Assembly (NCBI GenBank): GCA_002269645.1
Contig: NIVC01000126.1
Location: 248,001 to 312,000, forward strand
Source of the DNA: Macrostomum lignano
Lineage: Eukaryota
Direction of reading: 5' to 3'
DNA: 64,000 nt
Shown here: positions 63,593 to 64,000 of the stretch, in pieces
How the letters are laid out: every line of letters begins with the position of its first letter
Numbering within the stretch: the first letter of the stretch is position 1
Notes under the pieces: generated by a model
What the model was told of the DNA's origin: nothing
What the model saw: the letters and a program-made list of their open reading frames with translations, nothing else
Databases searched by the model: none
Program-made: the position numbers and the translations under genes

Positions 63593-64000
63593 ATGCCCGA
63601 AACGATGCAAGACGAGGATATAATCAGCCTCCTACGGCAGCAGATGGAAGAAGAGCGCCAACAGCGGAACGCTGACCGGCAGATGATGCTCGACCTCATT
63701 CGGTCTCTAAAGCCTGCAGCGGACCAGTCCCAGGCTGCAGCTTTGCCGACGCATGTGACGACGTCGACTCCGAGTTTCTCGCCATTCGACGCCACGTCCG
63801 AGCTCTGGCCCGACTACTTGGCCAGATTCTGCACCTTCACGGGCGCGAACTCCATACCCGACGACAAGAAGGCTCGGGTGTTCCTGACGAACCAGTCTCC
63901 GTCTGTCTACAAGCTTCTCTCAAACTTGGCAGCGCAGCAGACGCCGCGGAAGGAGATCAACCAGCTCACTATGGACGAGATTGAGAAGTTCATGGAAGAA
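63593..64000 (+). CDS. gag: Gypsy (Mag-like) gag N-terminus, runs off the window
   Basis: Open 136 codons: MPETMQDEDIISLLRQQMEEE..PSFSPFDATSELWPDYLARFCTFTGANSIPDDKKARVFLTNQSPSVYKLLSNLAAQQTPRKEINQLTMDEIEKFMEE. Absent from the ORF track because it has no stop. Confidence 0.88.
   Translation, partial: MPETMQDEDIISLLRQQMEEERQQRNADRQMMLDLIRSLKPAADQSQAAALPTHVTTSTPSFSPFDATSELWPDYLARFCTFTGANSIPDDKKARVFLTNQSPSVYKLLSNLAAQQTPRKEINQLTMDEIEKFMEE

Overview
Eukaryotic (invertebrate metazoan) genomic DNA with GT-AG introns, very rich in intronic micro- and minisatellites. A free-living flatworm such as Macrostomum is a stylistic guess only. There are seven supportable host genes: a 15-exon type I membrane protein with two LolA/ependymin-like repeats and four PAN/apple domains (+), a DEG/ENaC channel (-), a type-1 tyramine-receptor-like GPCR (-), an orphan single-pass membrane protein whose tail exons are duplicated across an N-gap (-), an intronless calmodulin-like gene (+), a SENP6/7 (Ulp2)-like SUMO protease (-) and an intronless PEX11 (-). 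Mobile DNA comprises two tRNA-derived SINE families (one with a MIR-like CORE), two internally deleted Tc1/mariner-type elements, a 5'-truncated RTE-like LINE, and the 5' LTR, PBS and gag start of a Gypsy element. The most striking unexplained signal is a 2.6-kb block (60537-63173) with no CpG at all and an apparent TpA excess, in which (CTTAGG)3 reads as (CTCGGG)3 after CG->TA reversal. This suggests RIP-like CpG-to-TpA hypermutation of an old element. All exon models and counts were done by hand, without alignments or database searches.
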